A DNA stretch of 64,000 nucleotides from Ignavibacteriota bacterium (lineage in GTDB: Bacteria > Bacteroidota > Ignavibacteria > UBA10030 > UBA6906): assembly GCA_963801355.1 (NCBI GenBank), contig CAWDEM010000004.1:1-64000 (forward strand), in the 5' to 3' direction. The position numbers and the translations under genes are program-made. Below, one piece after another: positions 50,687 to 61,183 of this stretch. Each line of letters starts with the position of its first letter. Positions within the stretch are counted from its first letter, which is position 1. The notes beneath the pieces were generated by a model. It saw nothing but the letters and a program-made list of their open reading frames with translations, was not told the origin of the DNA and did no database searches.

Positions 50687-52408
50687 CTATACCGGCAAGC
50701 GCCGGATGATAAGAAGCGTTATGTCGTCCGCCTGCGGGGCGGTTCGCTGGTGTACACGTACTGCTTCAAGGATCTCTTCCTTGAGTCGCTCCGCGGGGAT
50801 GTTGTGCCGCTTGGCGATGAGCTCCTGCAGGTGGTCATCACCGAAGAGTTCCTGCTGCTCGTTCATCGCCTCCGTAACCCCGTCGGAATACAGGACAATC
50901 ACATCGCCCGGCGCAAGGGAGATAATCTCTTCTTCAAACGTCATCCCCTCCATAATGCCCAGGATGGGGCCACCCGTCGTCAACAACCGGGGACCCGCCT
51001 CGTTCACGCACACGGGCGGGTTGTGCCCGCCGTTCGTGTAGCGGAACATGTGATTGTGGGCATCCAGCACACCATAGACCATCGTCACGAATTTCTCGGG
51101 GCCGGTGCTCTGCACAAGACGGTCGTTGAGCAGCGTGGCGCATGCGCTGGCGGAGGACGCCTCGTGCGCCACATCGCGGACGGATGCCTGTGTGTGTGCC
51201 ATCAGGAGGGCGGCAGGAAGGCCTTTGCCTGACACATCACCCACCGTGACGACCACACGGTGCTGATCGAGACGGATGAAGTCGTAGAGGTCACCTGCCA
51301 CCTCAAGCGCGGGCACGGTCACAGCGGCAAACTCATAGCCCGGCAGTTCGGGAAGATTCTTGGGCAGAAGGCTTGTCTGCACTTCGCGCGCGGCTGCGAG
51401 GTCGCGCTCAATGCGTATTTTCTCTTTCTCCTGCAGTACCAACCGCGCATTCTCGAGGGCGATCGCAGCATGCACCGAAAGAGCGCCTATGATCGTCGCA
51501 TCGCTTTCGGTAAACACACCATCCCGTTTGTTCAACAGCTGGAAGACACCCACAATCTTCCCCGCCCGGTCTTTCATCGGAGCACAGAGAATCGAACGGG
51601 TACGATACCCGGTGACCCGGTCGAACTCCGGATCGAACCGCGGGTCGCTGTAGGCATCGGGAATGCTGATCGTGTCACCCGTCGCCGCCACGAAGCCGGC
51701 AATCCCCTTTCCGAGGGGAAGGCGAATGGTCTTCCGCTCGTCTTTGTCCAATCCGCGGGCGACTTTCGTCCAGATCTCCTTCTTGTCTTCCTGCAACACA
51801 TAGACCGTTCCGCGGTCGCCGTCCACAATATGCAGGGCGGTTTCCAGTATGACGTCGAGCAACTCTTCGAGATTCAGCGTGGAGTTCAAACTCTTTGCCG
51901 CCTCAATCAGCTGCTGAAGAGTCCGGACCTCGGCCTGCGTATGCTCCATGCGTCGGCTGATCTCCGACACGAAATGACTGTTCAGGGCGCGGAGGCGGAT
52001 GCTCAACACCTGAAGAAGACGCAGGGCAAGTACCGGTGAACGCCTTACCATCTCCTCAAAATCCCCGGCCGGGAGGAAATAGGCCACGCAATTGTCCTCT
52101 GCCACGATGCGCGCGGAACGCGGTCGCCCGGCAATGGCTTCCAATTCTCCAAAACAGTCGCCTGGATGCAACAGTGCAATCAGTTGAGGCTCGTTACCCG
52201 GACACGGTTTCAACACCCGTACCCGCCCCTCAACAAGAAAAAACACATCCCCACCCTGGGCCTCATCTTCTATAATGACGGCACCCGGAAGGAATGAGCA
52301 TTCTTTCAGAAGGGGCTCAAACTCTGCAAATTCCGCATCCGTGAGTGTCTCCAGGAGTACATTGTACCGGAGGCGGTTGCGAACAAGGGGATTCTGGGAT
52401 ATGGGCAT
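50687..52408 (-). CDS. cNMP-binding + GAF + PP2C (SpoIIE/RsbU-like) phosphatase
   Basis: GDCFGE...PRSA; GAF with DAYSDPRF and QLLNK; GDLYD; GDVSGKG; YSDGVTEA; DDIT. Confidence 0.9.
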   Translation of the reverse strand: MPISQNPLVRNRLRYNVLLETLTDAEFAEFEPLLKECSFLPGAVIIEDEAQGGDVFFLVEGRVRVLKPCPGNEPQLIALLHPGDCFGELEAIAGRPRSARIVAEDNCVAYFLPAGDFEEMVRRSPVLALRLLQVLSIRLRALNSHFVSEISRRMEHTQAEVRTLQQLIEAAKSLNSTLNLEELLDVILETALHIVDGDRGTVYVLQEDKKEIWTKVARGLDKDERKTIRLPLGKGIAGFVAATGDTISIPDAYSDPRFDPEFDRVTGYRTRSILCAPMKDRAGKIVGVFQLLNKRDGVFTESDATIIGALSVHAAIALENARLVLQEKEKIRIERDLAAAREVQTSLLPKNLPELPGYEFAAVTVPALEVAGDLYDFIRLDQHRVVVTVGDVSGKGLPAALLMAHTQASVRDVAHEASSASACATLLNDRLVQSTGPEKFVTMVYGVLDAHNHMFRYTNGGHNPPVCVNEAGPRLLTTGGPILGIMEGMTFEEEIISLAPGDVIVLYSDGVTEAMNEQQELFGDDHLQELIAKRHNIPAERLKEEILEAVRVHQRTAPQADDITLLIIRRLPV

Positions 52409-52426
52409 GGTCGGAAGGCTTTATCG

Positions 52427-52517
52427 AGTATACTTGCATCGGCAGGTAAAGTCAAGCAGAATCTTTTCGAGGATTCGAACAGTATCTCTTGATGTTCCCC
52501 GGGGCAATCTGTATCTT
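52427..52517. promoter_or_regulatory. Divergent sigma70-type promoter pair
   Basis: Minus strand TTGACT-17-TATACT (52455 to 52427); plus strand TTGATG-17-TATCTT (52489-52517). Confidence 0.65.
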
Positions 52518-52541
52518 TTCCGGACACTTCCTGGAGCTCCC

Positions 52542-53480
52542 TTGAAAACCCTGAAACCACGCCGCCTCAAAGCCGGCGACCTGATCGGCATCGTTTCTCC
52601 CGCAAGTACAATTCTCGACCCATCGCGCATCCAACAAGGCGTCGCATATCTCGAACGGCTGGGATATCGGACAGTCGTCGGAGAGCACGTGTTGAAAACC
52701 TACGGCTATCTTGCCGGCACCGATGAAGAACGGGTCGCCGACCTGCATGCCATGTTCCGCAACCCGGAGGTAAAAGCAATCATGTGCATCAGGGGAGGCT
52801 ATGGGACTCCACGCCTCCTTTCGCACATCGATTACCGGCTGATTGCGCGGAATCCGAAAATATTCGTCGGCTACAGCGACATCACGACACTCCAGCTCGC
52901 TCTCTGGAAGAAGTGCGGGCTGGTAAGCTTTCAGGGCCCGATGGTGGGCGTAGACATGCCGGATGGCCTGGATGCTTTCACCGAGGAACTGTTCTGGCGA
53001 ATCCTGACATCCCCAAAAAAGGCGGGATCGGTTCTGCCGCCGGATGAACCGGTGAATATGCTTCGCACCGGAAAAGGAACCGGAATTCTTATGGGCGGAA
53101 ACCTGGCACATCTGTCGGCGGCCATGGGAACACCTTACCTGCCGTCATTCAAAGGGACGGTCCTGTTTATAGAAGATATCGGGGAGGAACCCTACAGGAT
53201 CGACCGGATGATGTCACAATTGCGTCATGCATCGATTCTCCGGCAGGCGGCCGGGATTCTGGCCGGGAAATTCACCGACTGCGGCCCCAAGGATCCTGCA
53301 AAGCCGTCTCTGTCTGTGGACGATGTCTTGCGTGAACTCTCCGCCCTCACGCCGGTGCCGTTCCTGAGCAATCTGCCGTTCGGGCATGAAGCAAAGAAGA
53401 TTACCATGCCGATCGGGATCCGCGTGCGCATGGACGCGGCAAAACGCACGGTGGAGTTCCTTGAAGGGGCGGTGAGCTAG
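52542..53480 (+). CDS. ldcA: LD-carboxypeptidase (S66)
   Basis: RGGYG; FVGYSDIT; GGNL; FIEDIGE; PFGH. Confidence 0.9.
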   Translation: MKTLKPRRLKAGDLIGIVSPASTILDPSRIQQGVAYLERLGYRTVVGEHVLKTYGYLAGTDEERVADLHAMFRNPEVKAIMCIRGGYGTPRLLSHIDYRLIARNPKIFVGYSDITTLQLALWKKCGLVSFQGPMVGVDMPDGLDAFTEELFWRILTSPKKAGSVLPPDEPVNMLRTGKGTGILMGGNLAHLSAAMGTPYLPSFKGTVLFIEDIGEEPYRIDRMMSQLRHASILRQAAGILAGKFTDCGPKDPAKPSLSVDDVLRELSALTPVPFLSNLPFGHEAKKITMPIGIRVRMDAAKRTVEFLEGAVS

Positions 53481-53542
53481 GTACAGGCACAGGCATCGAG
53501 GCGTTGGTTGCATCTCTGGCGATTTCCTTGTACAATGATCGT

Positions 53543-54190
53543 ATGCTTAACATCACCGTTTTGGGATCCGGACGGGGATCTAACTTTGAAGCAATCCTGA
53601 AGGCAATGGCCGGCGGGATGCTCCCCGGCGGGAGGTTTTCCGGTGCAAGGATCGGACTGGTGTTAAGCAACAATTCAACCGCAGGGATTCTGGAGATTGC
53701 ACGGGCCCATGGGGTGCCGGCGGTGCATCTCAGCGAAAAGCAGTATCCATCGACGGAAGCGTTCGTCGATGCACTGCTTGCTGTGTTGCGCACGCATGAC
53801 ACGGGGCTGATCGTGCTCGCCGGCTATATGAAGAGGTTGCCGGCGCGTGTGGTGGCTGCCTACCGGCATCGTATCATCAATGTTCACCCGGCGTTGTTGC
53901 CTGAATTCGGCGGCCAGGGCATGTATGGCCTTCACGTCCATGAAGCCGTGCTTGCCGCTCACCGGACGGTCTCCGGTGCAACCGTCCACATGGTCGACGA
54001 CGATTACGACCATGGGGCAATACTGCTCCAGGAACAGGTTCCCGTGCTGCCGGACGACACGCCGGAGTCACTCGCCGCACGTGTGTTGCAGGTCGAACAT
54101 CGCATCCTCCCCGAGGCGATCCGTCTGTTCGCGGAGGAAAGAGTCTCTGTGGTTGACGGAAAAATCCATGTACGTTCTGCGCAGGAGTGA
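53543..54190 (+). CDS. purN: Phosphoribosylglycinamide formyltransferase
   Basis: GSGRGSN; LAGYM; INVHPALLP; GATVHMV...DHG. Confidence 0.95.
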   Translation: MLNITVLGSGRGSNFEAILKAMAGGMLPGGRFSGARIGLVLSNNSTAGILEIARAHGVPAVHLSEKQYPSTEAFVDALLAVLRTHDTGLIVLAGYMKRLPARVVAAYRHRIINVHPALLPEFGGQGMYGLHVHEAVLAAHRTVSGATVHMVDDDYDHGAILLQEQVPVLPDDTPESLAARVLQVEHRILPEAIRLFAEERVSVVDGKIHVRSAQE

Positions 54191-55734
54191 GTGTGCCTCG
54201 TATTCAACGCGCGCTGATTAGCGTGTCCGACAAGCAGGGGCTGGCCGAATTCGCATCCGCACTTCATGGCATGGGCGTTGAAATTCTTTCCACCGGCGGA
54301 ACACTCTCCGCTCTTCAAACCATGGGAATTCCCGCACGCTCGGTCGCTTCGGTCACCGGGTTTCCGGAGATTCTGGACGGACGCGTGAAGACCCTGCACC
54401 CGGCTATACACGGCGCACTGCTCGCCGTCGCCGACAACCCCGACCATGTACGTCAGCTCGCAGACCACAGTATCGCCCCTATCGACATGGTGGTGGTCAA
54501 TCTGTATCCGTTTGCCGCCACGGTGGCGCGGCCCGGCGTGACGCTCCCCGAAGCGGTGGAGCAAATTGACATCGGCGGACCGAGCATGCTTCGCTCTGCC
54601 GCGAAGAACTTCCGCCACAAAGCCGTTGTCACCAGTCCCTCACAGTATGCAGGCATTGTCGCAGAATTGCGCACCACGGGCGGCTCGCTGAGCGATGCCA
54701 CCTGCGCAGCGCTGGCCCGCGAGGTGTTCCACAATACGGCCCGCTACGACGCAACGATTGCCGGCTATCTGGATGCACAGGCTGCAACGGACGGTGCTCT
54801 TCCTCCGGCACTCACGATTGCCGCCCCCCGTGAGCTGGAGCTCCGGTACGGCGAGAATCCCCATCAGCATGCCGCGCTCTACGGCGCATGGGGGTCGCTC
54901 TTCAACAAGCTGCACGGGAAGGAACTCTCATACAACAACATCGTCGATGCGTCTGCGGCCGCCCTGCTCATTGCGGAATTTGACGAGCCGACCGTTGCGA
55001 TTGTGAAGCACACCAATCCCTGCGGTGTCGGTTCCGCGGCGACGCTGGCCGGGGCATACGACAAGGCCTTTGCCACCGACACCAAGTCGCCGTTCGGCGG
55101 CATCGTAGCCGTAAACCGTCCGCTGGATCTTGCCGCGGCGGAGAAGATCAACGCGGTCTTCACCGAAGTAGTCATCGCGCCGGAGTACCCTCCGGAAGTG
55201 CTGGCATTTCTCCAGAAGAAAAAGGATCGCCGTCTTCTCCGGTGCAGCGCCGATTTCCGGACGCACCGCCGTCATGACATCCGGAGCGTGCCCGGAGGAT
55301 TTCTTGTGCAGGAGAGCGACATGCCGGGGATGGCACACGAAGAGTTCCGCGTTGTCACCAAACGCGCCCCGACGGCCGATGAGGAACTTGCACTGAGGTT
55401 TGCGTGGCGTGTGACCAAGCACGTGAAGTCCAACGCCATCGTCTATGCCACTGCAGACCGTACGCTGGGTATCGGCGCCGGACAAATGTCACGCGTGGAC
55501 TCCGCGCGCATAGCCGCAGAGAAGGCGGCAGAAGCAGGTTTGTCGCTGACGGGCTCCGTTGTCGGGTCCGACGCGTTCTTCCCGTTCTCAGACGCCCTGC
55601 TTGAGGCAGTGCGCGCCGGCTCCAGAGCCGTTATTCAACCGGGGGGATCTGTCCGCGATGCCGAAGTCATCGCCGCCGCGGATGAACACGATATTGCGAT
55701 GGTTTTCACGGGCACCAGACACTTCCGGCACTAA
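54187..55734 (+). CDS. purH: Bifunctional AICAR transformylase/IMP cyclohydrolase
   Basis: RALISVSDK; GRVKTLHP; IDIGGP; LRYGENPHQ; KHTNPCG; QPGGS; RHFRH. Confidence 0.97.
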   Translation: MSVPRIQRALISVSDKQGLAEFASALHGMGVEILSTGGTLSALQTMGIPARSVASVTGFPEILDGRVKTLHPAIHGALLAVADNPDHVRQLADHSIAPIDMVVVNLYPFAATVARPGVTLPEAVEQIDIGGPSMLRSAAKNFRHKAVVTSPSQYAGIVAELRTTGGSLSDATCAALAREVFHNTARYDATIAGYLDAQAATDGALPPALTIAAPRELELRYGENPHQHAALYGAWGSLFNKLHGKELSYNNIVDASAAALLIAEFDEPTVAIVKHTNPCGVGSAATLAGAYDKAFATDTKSPFGGIVAVNRPLDLAAAEKINAVFTEVVIAPEYPPEVLAFLQKKKDRRLLRCSADFRTHRRHDIRSVPGGFLVQESDMPGMAHEEFRVVTKRAPTADEELALRFAWRVTKHVKSNAIVYATADRTLGIGAGQMSRVDSARIAAEKAAEAGLSLTGSVVGSDAFFPFSDALLEAVRAGSRAVIQPGGSVRDAEVIAAADEHDIAMVFTGTRHFRH

Positions 55735-55739
55735 ACGCC

Positions 55740-56765
55740 ATGGGACTTTTTTCATTCTTTTCCGCCGATCTTGCCATCGATCTTGGCACGGCAAACACCC
55801 TGATCCACATGAAGGGAAAAGGGATCGTTCTCAACGAGCCTTCGATCGTGGCGTTCGACCGCAACACCAAGAAAATTGTCGCCATCGGTCACGAAGCGCA
55901 ACAGATGCTGGGGCGCACGCACCGCGACATCCGCACCATACGTCCCATGAGAGACGGTGTGATCGCCGATTTTGAAATCGCCGAAGGGATGATGCGCGAA
56001 TTCATCCGGAAGATCCACGCCAACTGGATGCCAAGCCGCCGCATCGTCATCTGCGTCCCGAGCGGCGTCACTGAAGTCGAGAAGCGTGCTGTCCGCGATG
56101 CCGCCGAACATGCCGGTGCAAAGGAAGTGCATCTGGTCGCCGAGCCGATGGCGGCTGCAATCGGAGTCGGGCTGGATGTGGATGCCCCCGTCGGCAATAT
56201 GATTGTCGATATCGGCGGCGGAACCACGGAAATCGCCGTTATCGCGCTTTCCGGCATCGTGAACGAAGAGTCGATCCGTGTGGCCGGCGACGAGATGAAC
56301 GGTGCGATCGTGCAGTTCTTCAAAAAGAATCACAACATTCTTATCGGCGAAAGGACTGCCGAAGCCATCAAATGTGAAGTCGGCTCGGCCATGCCGCTCA
56401 AGGAGGAGATCACCATCCGCGTCAAGGGACGCGATCTGGTGAACGGGATCCCGAAAACCACGGAAGCGAGCTCGGTGGAGATCCGCGAATCACTCAGCGA
56501 ACCCGTCGGCCAGATTATCGAAGCGGTCAAGCTCACGCTCGAGCGCACGCCGCCGGAATTGTCGGCGGATATTCTGGACCGCGGCATCATGTTGAGCGGC
56601 GGCGGAGCATTGCTGCGCGGACTCAACGAACGGCTGCGCCTGGAAACTCAACTGCCCGTCCATATTTCGGAAGATCCGCTGACTGCAGTCGTGCGCGGAA
56701 CCGGCAAGATCCTGGAAGACCTGAACGGCTACTCCAAGGTGCTCCTCAAGAGCAAACGCTACTGA
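55740..56765 (+). CDS. mreB: Rod shape-determining protein MreB
   Basis: IDLGTANT; EPMAAAIG; DIGGGTTE; GGGALL. Confidence 0.97.
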   Translation: MGLFSFFSADLAIDLGTANTLIHMKGKGIVLNEPSIVAFDRNTKKIVAIGHEAQQMLGRTHRDIRTIRPMRDGVIADFEIAEGMMREFIRKIHANWMPSRRIVICVPSGVTEVEKRAVRDAAEHAGAKEVHLVAEPMAAAIGVGLDVDAPVGNMIVDIGGGTTEIAVIALSGIVNEESIRVAGDEMNGAIVQFFKKNHNILIGERTAEAIKCEVGSAMPLKEEITIRVKGRDLVNGIPKTTEASSVEIRESLSEPVGQIIEAVKLTLERTPPELSADILDRGIMLSGGGALLRGLNERLRLETQLPVHISEDPLTAVVRGTGKILEDLNGYSKVLLKSKRY

Positions 56766-56792
56766 TCGATCCGGTCCAATGCCACCGGTACT

Positions 56793-57618
56793 ATGTTCAA
56801 ACGCGCATACGATATCATCCTCCTGTTCAAGGAGTACTTCCTCCTTGCCCTCTACATTGCCGTTGCACTCCTGTTGCTCGCGAGCAATCGGACGCCCCAG
56901 GTGCGCGCCATCCGCGCAGGGTTGCTGTCCGCCACCGGGGCATTGCAGGACGTTTTCGGCATAGTGCCCAATTACTTCGCCCTCCGCCAGGAAAACCGCG
57001 TCCTGCGCGAACAGAATCTCACGCTGAACGATGAGGTCAGCCGGCTCCGGGAAGCCCGCCTGGAGAATATCCGTCTGCAACGCCTGCTCGGACTGAAGGA
57101 CCGTCCCGCGTTCCGGTATCTTTCCGCCCGTGTCGTCGGTGCCACCAGTCAGAATCTCCGCAATACCATTACCATCGACCGCGGTCTGGATGACGGTGTG
57201 CTGCTCAACATGCCCGTGGTGACGGCTGACGGCCTCGCCGGCAGAGTGAGCAGCGTGAGCAGCAAGTATGCCATCGTGCATTTGCTCCTGCACAAAGATG
57301 TCCGCGTGAGCGCCCGCGTTGAACGCAGCAGGGTCAACGGTATCATCCGGTGGACGGGCGGACGATCGCTGTCGTTCGCCAACGTTCCCACATCGTTTGA
57401 CGTGCAGGAACGGAGATGTGATCATCACATCGGAATTCAGCAGCATGTTTCCTGCAGGTATCCGCATCGGCATTGTCAGTGGAACACACACGGTTCCCGG
57501 AGACCTCTTCAAGGCGGTGGATGTGACCCCGGTGGTGGACTTCGACCGCCTCGAAGAGGTCTTCATCGCCCTTCACACACCCGAAAGTGGCAGGGTGGCA
57601 ATCGATCAACGTCGCTGA
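56793..57618 (+). CDS. mreC: Rod shape-determining protein MreC (frameshift near 57405)
   Basis: TM segment, coiled coil, ITIDRG...GLAGRV, then GDVIITS...FPAGIRIG; synteny. Confidence 0.9.
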
Positions 57619-57627
57619 TCCCCCGGT

Positions 57628-58119
57628 ATGCGCCGCAATCTCATACTCATCGCCCTCTCGCTGCTCATCCTGCTGGTGCAAACGCTCATCATCCCGCAAA
57701 TCGCCATCCTGAGCATCGTGCCCGATCTGTTGCTGATCTGGATAGTCTACGTCGCGCTTACCAGGGGCCAGATAACGGCTATGACCGTCGGGTTTTTTCT
57801 GGGTGTCCTGGTCGACATACTCTCCGGCGGTGACAACATGCTGGGGTTGTCGGCGCTGACGAAGACTGTCGCCGGATTTCTTGCGGGATATTCATATAAC
57901 GAGAACAAGATCGCACCGTTTCTGAGCGGCCCGCAATTTCCCCTCGTGCTCATTGTCGTCTCTCTTGTGCACAATCTCCTCTATTTTCTTATCTTTCTGC
58001 AGGGATCCGACCTTTCCTGGAAAACGACAATTCTCCAGTTCGGCCTGCCCGCAACGCTCTACACGGTGGCCATCGCGGTGATCCCGATGTTTGCGTTTGC
58101 CCGACATTATCGAACCTGA
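57628..58119 (+). CDS. mreD: Rod shape-determining protein MreD
   Basis: PDLLLI; GFFLGVLVD; synteny. Confidence 0.9.
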   Translation: MRRNLILIALSLLILLVQTLIIPQIAILSIVPDLLLIWIVYVALTRGQITAMTVGFFLGVLVDILSGGDNMLGLSALTKTVAGFLAGYSYNENKIAPFLSGPQFPLVLIVVSLVHNLLYFLIFLQGSDLSWKTTILQFGLPATLYTVAIAVIPMFAFARHYRT

Positions 58120-58121
58120 GC

Positions 58122-59963
58122 ATGGCACTGCAGGATGACATACATATTATCCGGAAACGGCGTGTGCTGTACGCCGTGTTAGCAGTGATGTTTCTGACAT
58201 TCTTCGGCCGGTTGTACCAGCTTCAGCTGATCTTCAGCGAGGAATACGAAAGAAAGTCCGACGAGAACAGCATCCGCATCATCTCGCGCGAACCGATCCG
58301 TGGATATGTGTTCGACCGGAACCACAGGCTTGTGGTGGACAACAGGCCGGCCTTCACGGTGACGATCATGCCCTATGAGTTTGACAAACGCAATATCCCC
58401 TACCTCTCTTCGCTTCTCGGCCTGGATACCCTGTTCATCCGCGACCGCCTGAAGAAGGGGGAAGACTATTCACGTTTCTCGCCGGTGAAGATCAAACGCG
58501 ATCTCAACTTCACCGAACTCTCAGCACTTGAAGAGAATCGTGACCGTCTGACGGGGGTGGACTATCAGGTGGAGTCGAAACGATGGTATGGCACCGGCGC
58601 GCACGCGGCACACATCCTGGGATATACCAAGGAGATCTCCGAAACACAGATCAGAACACTCGGCGGGGAGTACCGGCAGGGAGACGTTGTCGGTTCGTCG
58701 GGTCTTGAGGGGGAATACGAACAGGCATTACGCGGCCAAAAGGGTGCAGAGTTCAGCACCGTCAATGTTCGCGGACAGGTGATCGGCAGCTTTGACAACG
58801 GGCGACTGGATGTCAGTGCGGTCGACGGCAAGGATATCATCCTGACAGTTGATATCGGTTTGCAGGCGTTCGCCGAGTCACTCATGACAGGGCGGAGGGG
58901 AGCCGTTGTCGCAATCGATCCGACCGACGGCGGCATCCTTGCCATGGTGAGCGCGCCGGACTACGACCTTTCGTTCTTCAGCGGGGTGACGCCTTCCCAG
59001 GTGTGGCGTGCGATCAGCTCCGATCCGGCACGTCCCCTGTTCAACCGTGCAACCTTGACCCGCTACCCGCCGGGCTCCACCTTCAAGATGGTCCTGGCTG
59101 CGGCGGCACTTGAGACCGGCACGGTGACACCCTCCTGGCGGATTACCTGCGGCGGATCGTTCCGTATGGGCAACAAGGTGTTCAAGGACCTGCATGTCCA
59201 TGGCAGCGTTGACATGACCGAGGCTCTCCAGGTATCATGCAACGTCTACTTCTATCAGCTCATGCTCAAGACAGGCCTTGACAACTGGTCGCGCTATGGA
59301 CGGGATTTCGGCTTTGGCATGCTGACAGGGATAGACATCGCAGAAGAGAACCCGGGTCTCCTTCCTACTACGGCCTACATGAACCGGCGCTATGGTCCGT
59401 CGGGCTGGACGCGGGGGTTTCTGCCGAGCCTCGCGATCGGACAGGGAGAATTGGGAGTGACGCCGTTGCAGATGGCCTGCTATGCAATGGTACTGGCGAA
59501 CGCCGGAGAATACCACCAACCACACGCCGTATGCGCATTACTCAGCAAGGGCGCAGAGAAGCCCGACACGCTCGCGTTCCAGAACCGCCGGGTGCAGCTG
59601 GCGCCGGCAACCTGGGGAGTCCTTCGTGAAGGGATGCATCGAGCCGTGCAGTCTCCCGGGGGTACGGGCAGCCTGGCACGTGTGAAGGGAATTGAGGTCG
59701 CCGGCAAGACAGGAACTGCACAGAATCCTCATGGTCCGGATCATGCCTGGTTCGTCGGCTTTGCCCCCTATGACAACCCGCGCATAGCCATCGTTGTGCT
59801 CGTCGAGAATGCCGGATTCGGTGGTTCGTATGCAGCCCCGATCGCGGGTCTCTGCTTTGAGCGTTATCTGTACGGAAGGTTGACGCGCTATGACATTCCC
59901 CAGCGCGCGCCGGTGATCACAGCACGGGAACCGGTTTCCACAGCTCCTGTTGCAGGAAGGTAA
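58122..59963 (+). CDS. mrdA: Penicillin-binding protein 2
   Basis: PGSTFK; SCN; GKTGTAQ; synteny. Confidence 0.95.
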   Translation: MALQDDIHIIRKRRVLYAVLAVMFLTFFGRLYQLQLIFSEEYERKSDENSIRIISREPIRGYVFDRNHRLVVDNRPAFTVTIMPYEFDKRNIPYLSSLLGLDTLFIRDRLKKGEDYSRFSPVKIKRDLNFTELSALEENRDRLTGVDYQVESKRWYGTGAHAAHILGYTKEISETQIRTLGGEYRQGDVVGSSGLEGEYEQALRGQKGAEFSTVNVRGQVIGSFDNGRLDVSAVDGKDIILTVDIGLQAFAESLMTGRRGAVVAIDPTDGGILAMVSAPDYDLSFFSGVTPSQVWRAISSDPARPLFNRATLTRYPPGSTFKMVLAAAALETGTVTPSWRITCGGSFRMGNKVFKDLHVHGSVDMTEALQVSCNVYFYQLMLKTGLDNWSRYGRDFGFGMLTGIDIAEENPGLLPTTAYMNRRYGPSGWTRGFLPSLAIGQGELGVTPLQMACYAMVLANAGEYHQPHAVCALLSKGAEKPDTLAFQNRRVQLAPATWGVLREGMHRAVQSPGGTGSLARVKGIEVAGKTGTAQNPHGPDHAWFVGFAPYDNPRIAIVVLVENAGFGGSYAAPIAGLCFERYLYGRLTRYDIPQRAPVITAREPVSTAPVAGR

Positions 59964-59965
59964 CA

Positions 59966-61183
59966 ATGTTCGCGTATATCCATCGCCATTTTGACCTTCA
60001 GGTGGGCATATCATCGCTGCTCCTGGCCATCGTTGGCGCAATTTCCATCTATAGCGCGACTTATGACGCAAGGGCCATGGGAATCTTCAACCGGCAGGTG
60101 ATCTGGCTTCTCTCAGGAACCGCTCTGGTGGTCATCATTGCGTTCATTCCCCTTCGACTATTACAGTCGCTGTCGTGGGCAGCGTATTTCTTTTCCATAT
60201 TCCTGCTGGTGAGTGTTCTGCTGTTCGGGAAGACCGTTTCGGGTTCGACGAGCTGGTTCAACCTGGGGGCATTCCGCATTCAACCTTCGGAGTTCGCCAA
60301 GATCACCACGGTGCTCGCCCTGGCAAGCTACCTCTCCCGTGTCGACATTTCGCTCCGGATACCCCGCCACTTCCTGACTGCATGCGGCATTGTGGGAATC
60401 CCGATCGTTCTGATACTGATGCAGCCCGATTTCGGAACCACGGTGATTTATGCAGGCATGTTTCTCACGCTTCTTTTCTGGGGCGGGGCACCCCGGTTCA
60501 CGCTTATTGCCATCGTCGCGCCGGTTGCGTCGGCTGTGGCCGCACTGTTCGGTACGACGTTCTTCCTTATTGTGATCGCGGTGTTCGGCGTCCTTCTGTA
60601 CGTTACGAAAGAGCACCGGCTCCTCGCCGCTGTGGCATTCTCGGTCATGGTGTTGTTCGGCATTTCCGTCCAGGTCATCTACGACGGCCTGAGGCCATAC
60701 CAGCAGAAACGCATTGAATCGTTTCTGAATCCGAATGCCGATCCGCTGGGGGCGGGGTACAACAGCCTGCAGTCGAAAGTGGCCATCGGCTCCGGGGGGG
60801 TGTTCGGAAAGGGATACCTGCGGGGTTCGCAAACACAATTGAATTTTATTCCCGAACAGTGGACCGATTTCATCTTCTGTGTGCCGGGAGAAGAATTCGG
60901 GTTCATGGGCGCCGGATTGGTCCTGGCGCTCTTTGCCGTGTTGCTGGTGCGGGGGGTCACCCTCGCGTCCATTGTCAAGAGCAGGTATGCCAGTTTTGTG
61001 GCTATCGGCCTGACCGCTCTGATCGCTACCCATGTCTTCCTCAACATCGGGATGGCGCTGGGTCTGCTTCCCGTGATCGGCGTTCCGCTCCCCTTCCTGA
61101 GCTACGGGGGTTCGTTCCTGATCACCAGCACCATCATGATTGGTATCCTCATGAACCTCTATACCAACCGAAAAGAGTACTAA
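59966..61183 (+). CDS. rodA: Rod shape-determining protein RodA
   Basis: IQPSEFAK; QPDFGT; PEQWTDFIF; PFLSYGGS. Confidence 0.95.
   Translation: MFAYIHRHFDLQVGISSLLLAIVGAISIYSATYDARAMGIFNRQVIWLLSGTALVVIIAFIPLRLLQSLSWAAYFFSIFLLVSVLLFGKTVSGSTSWFNLGAFRIQPSEFAKITTVLALASYLSRVDISLRIPRHFLTACGIVGIPIVLILMQPDFGTTVIYAGMFLTLLFWGGAPRFTLIAIVAPVASAVAALFGTTFFLIVIAVFGVLLYVTKEHRLLAAVAFSVMVLFGISVQVIYDGLRPYQQKRIESFLNPNADPLGAGYNSLQSKVAIGSGGVFGKGYLRGSQTQLNFIPEQWTDFIFCVPGEEFGFMGAGLVLALFAVLLVRGVTLASIVKSRYASFVAIGLTALIATHVFLNIGMALGLLPVIGVPLPFLSYGGSFLITSTIMIGILMNLYTNRKEY

Noticed and set aside
11706-57618. Mass pseudogenisation or programmed frameshifting (cohesin-like genes, ogg, amidase, ggt, wecB, SPFH, mreC)
   Set aside because: Single-base shifts hit even mreC with otherwise intact motifs and no common slippery site, so sequencing or assembly indels are the simpler explanation. 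Confirming this needs reads.
60859-61182. N-terminal extension of the Lon-like ORF overlapping rodA
   Set aside because: Open-frame artefact; the ATG at 61183 overlapping the rodA stop (TAATG) is the plausible start.
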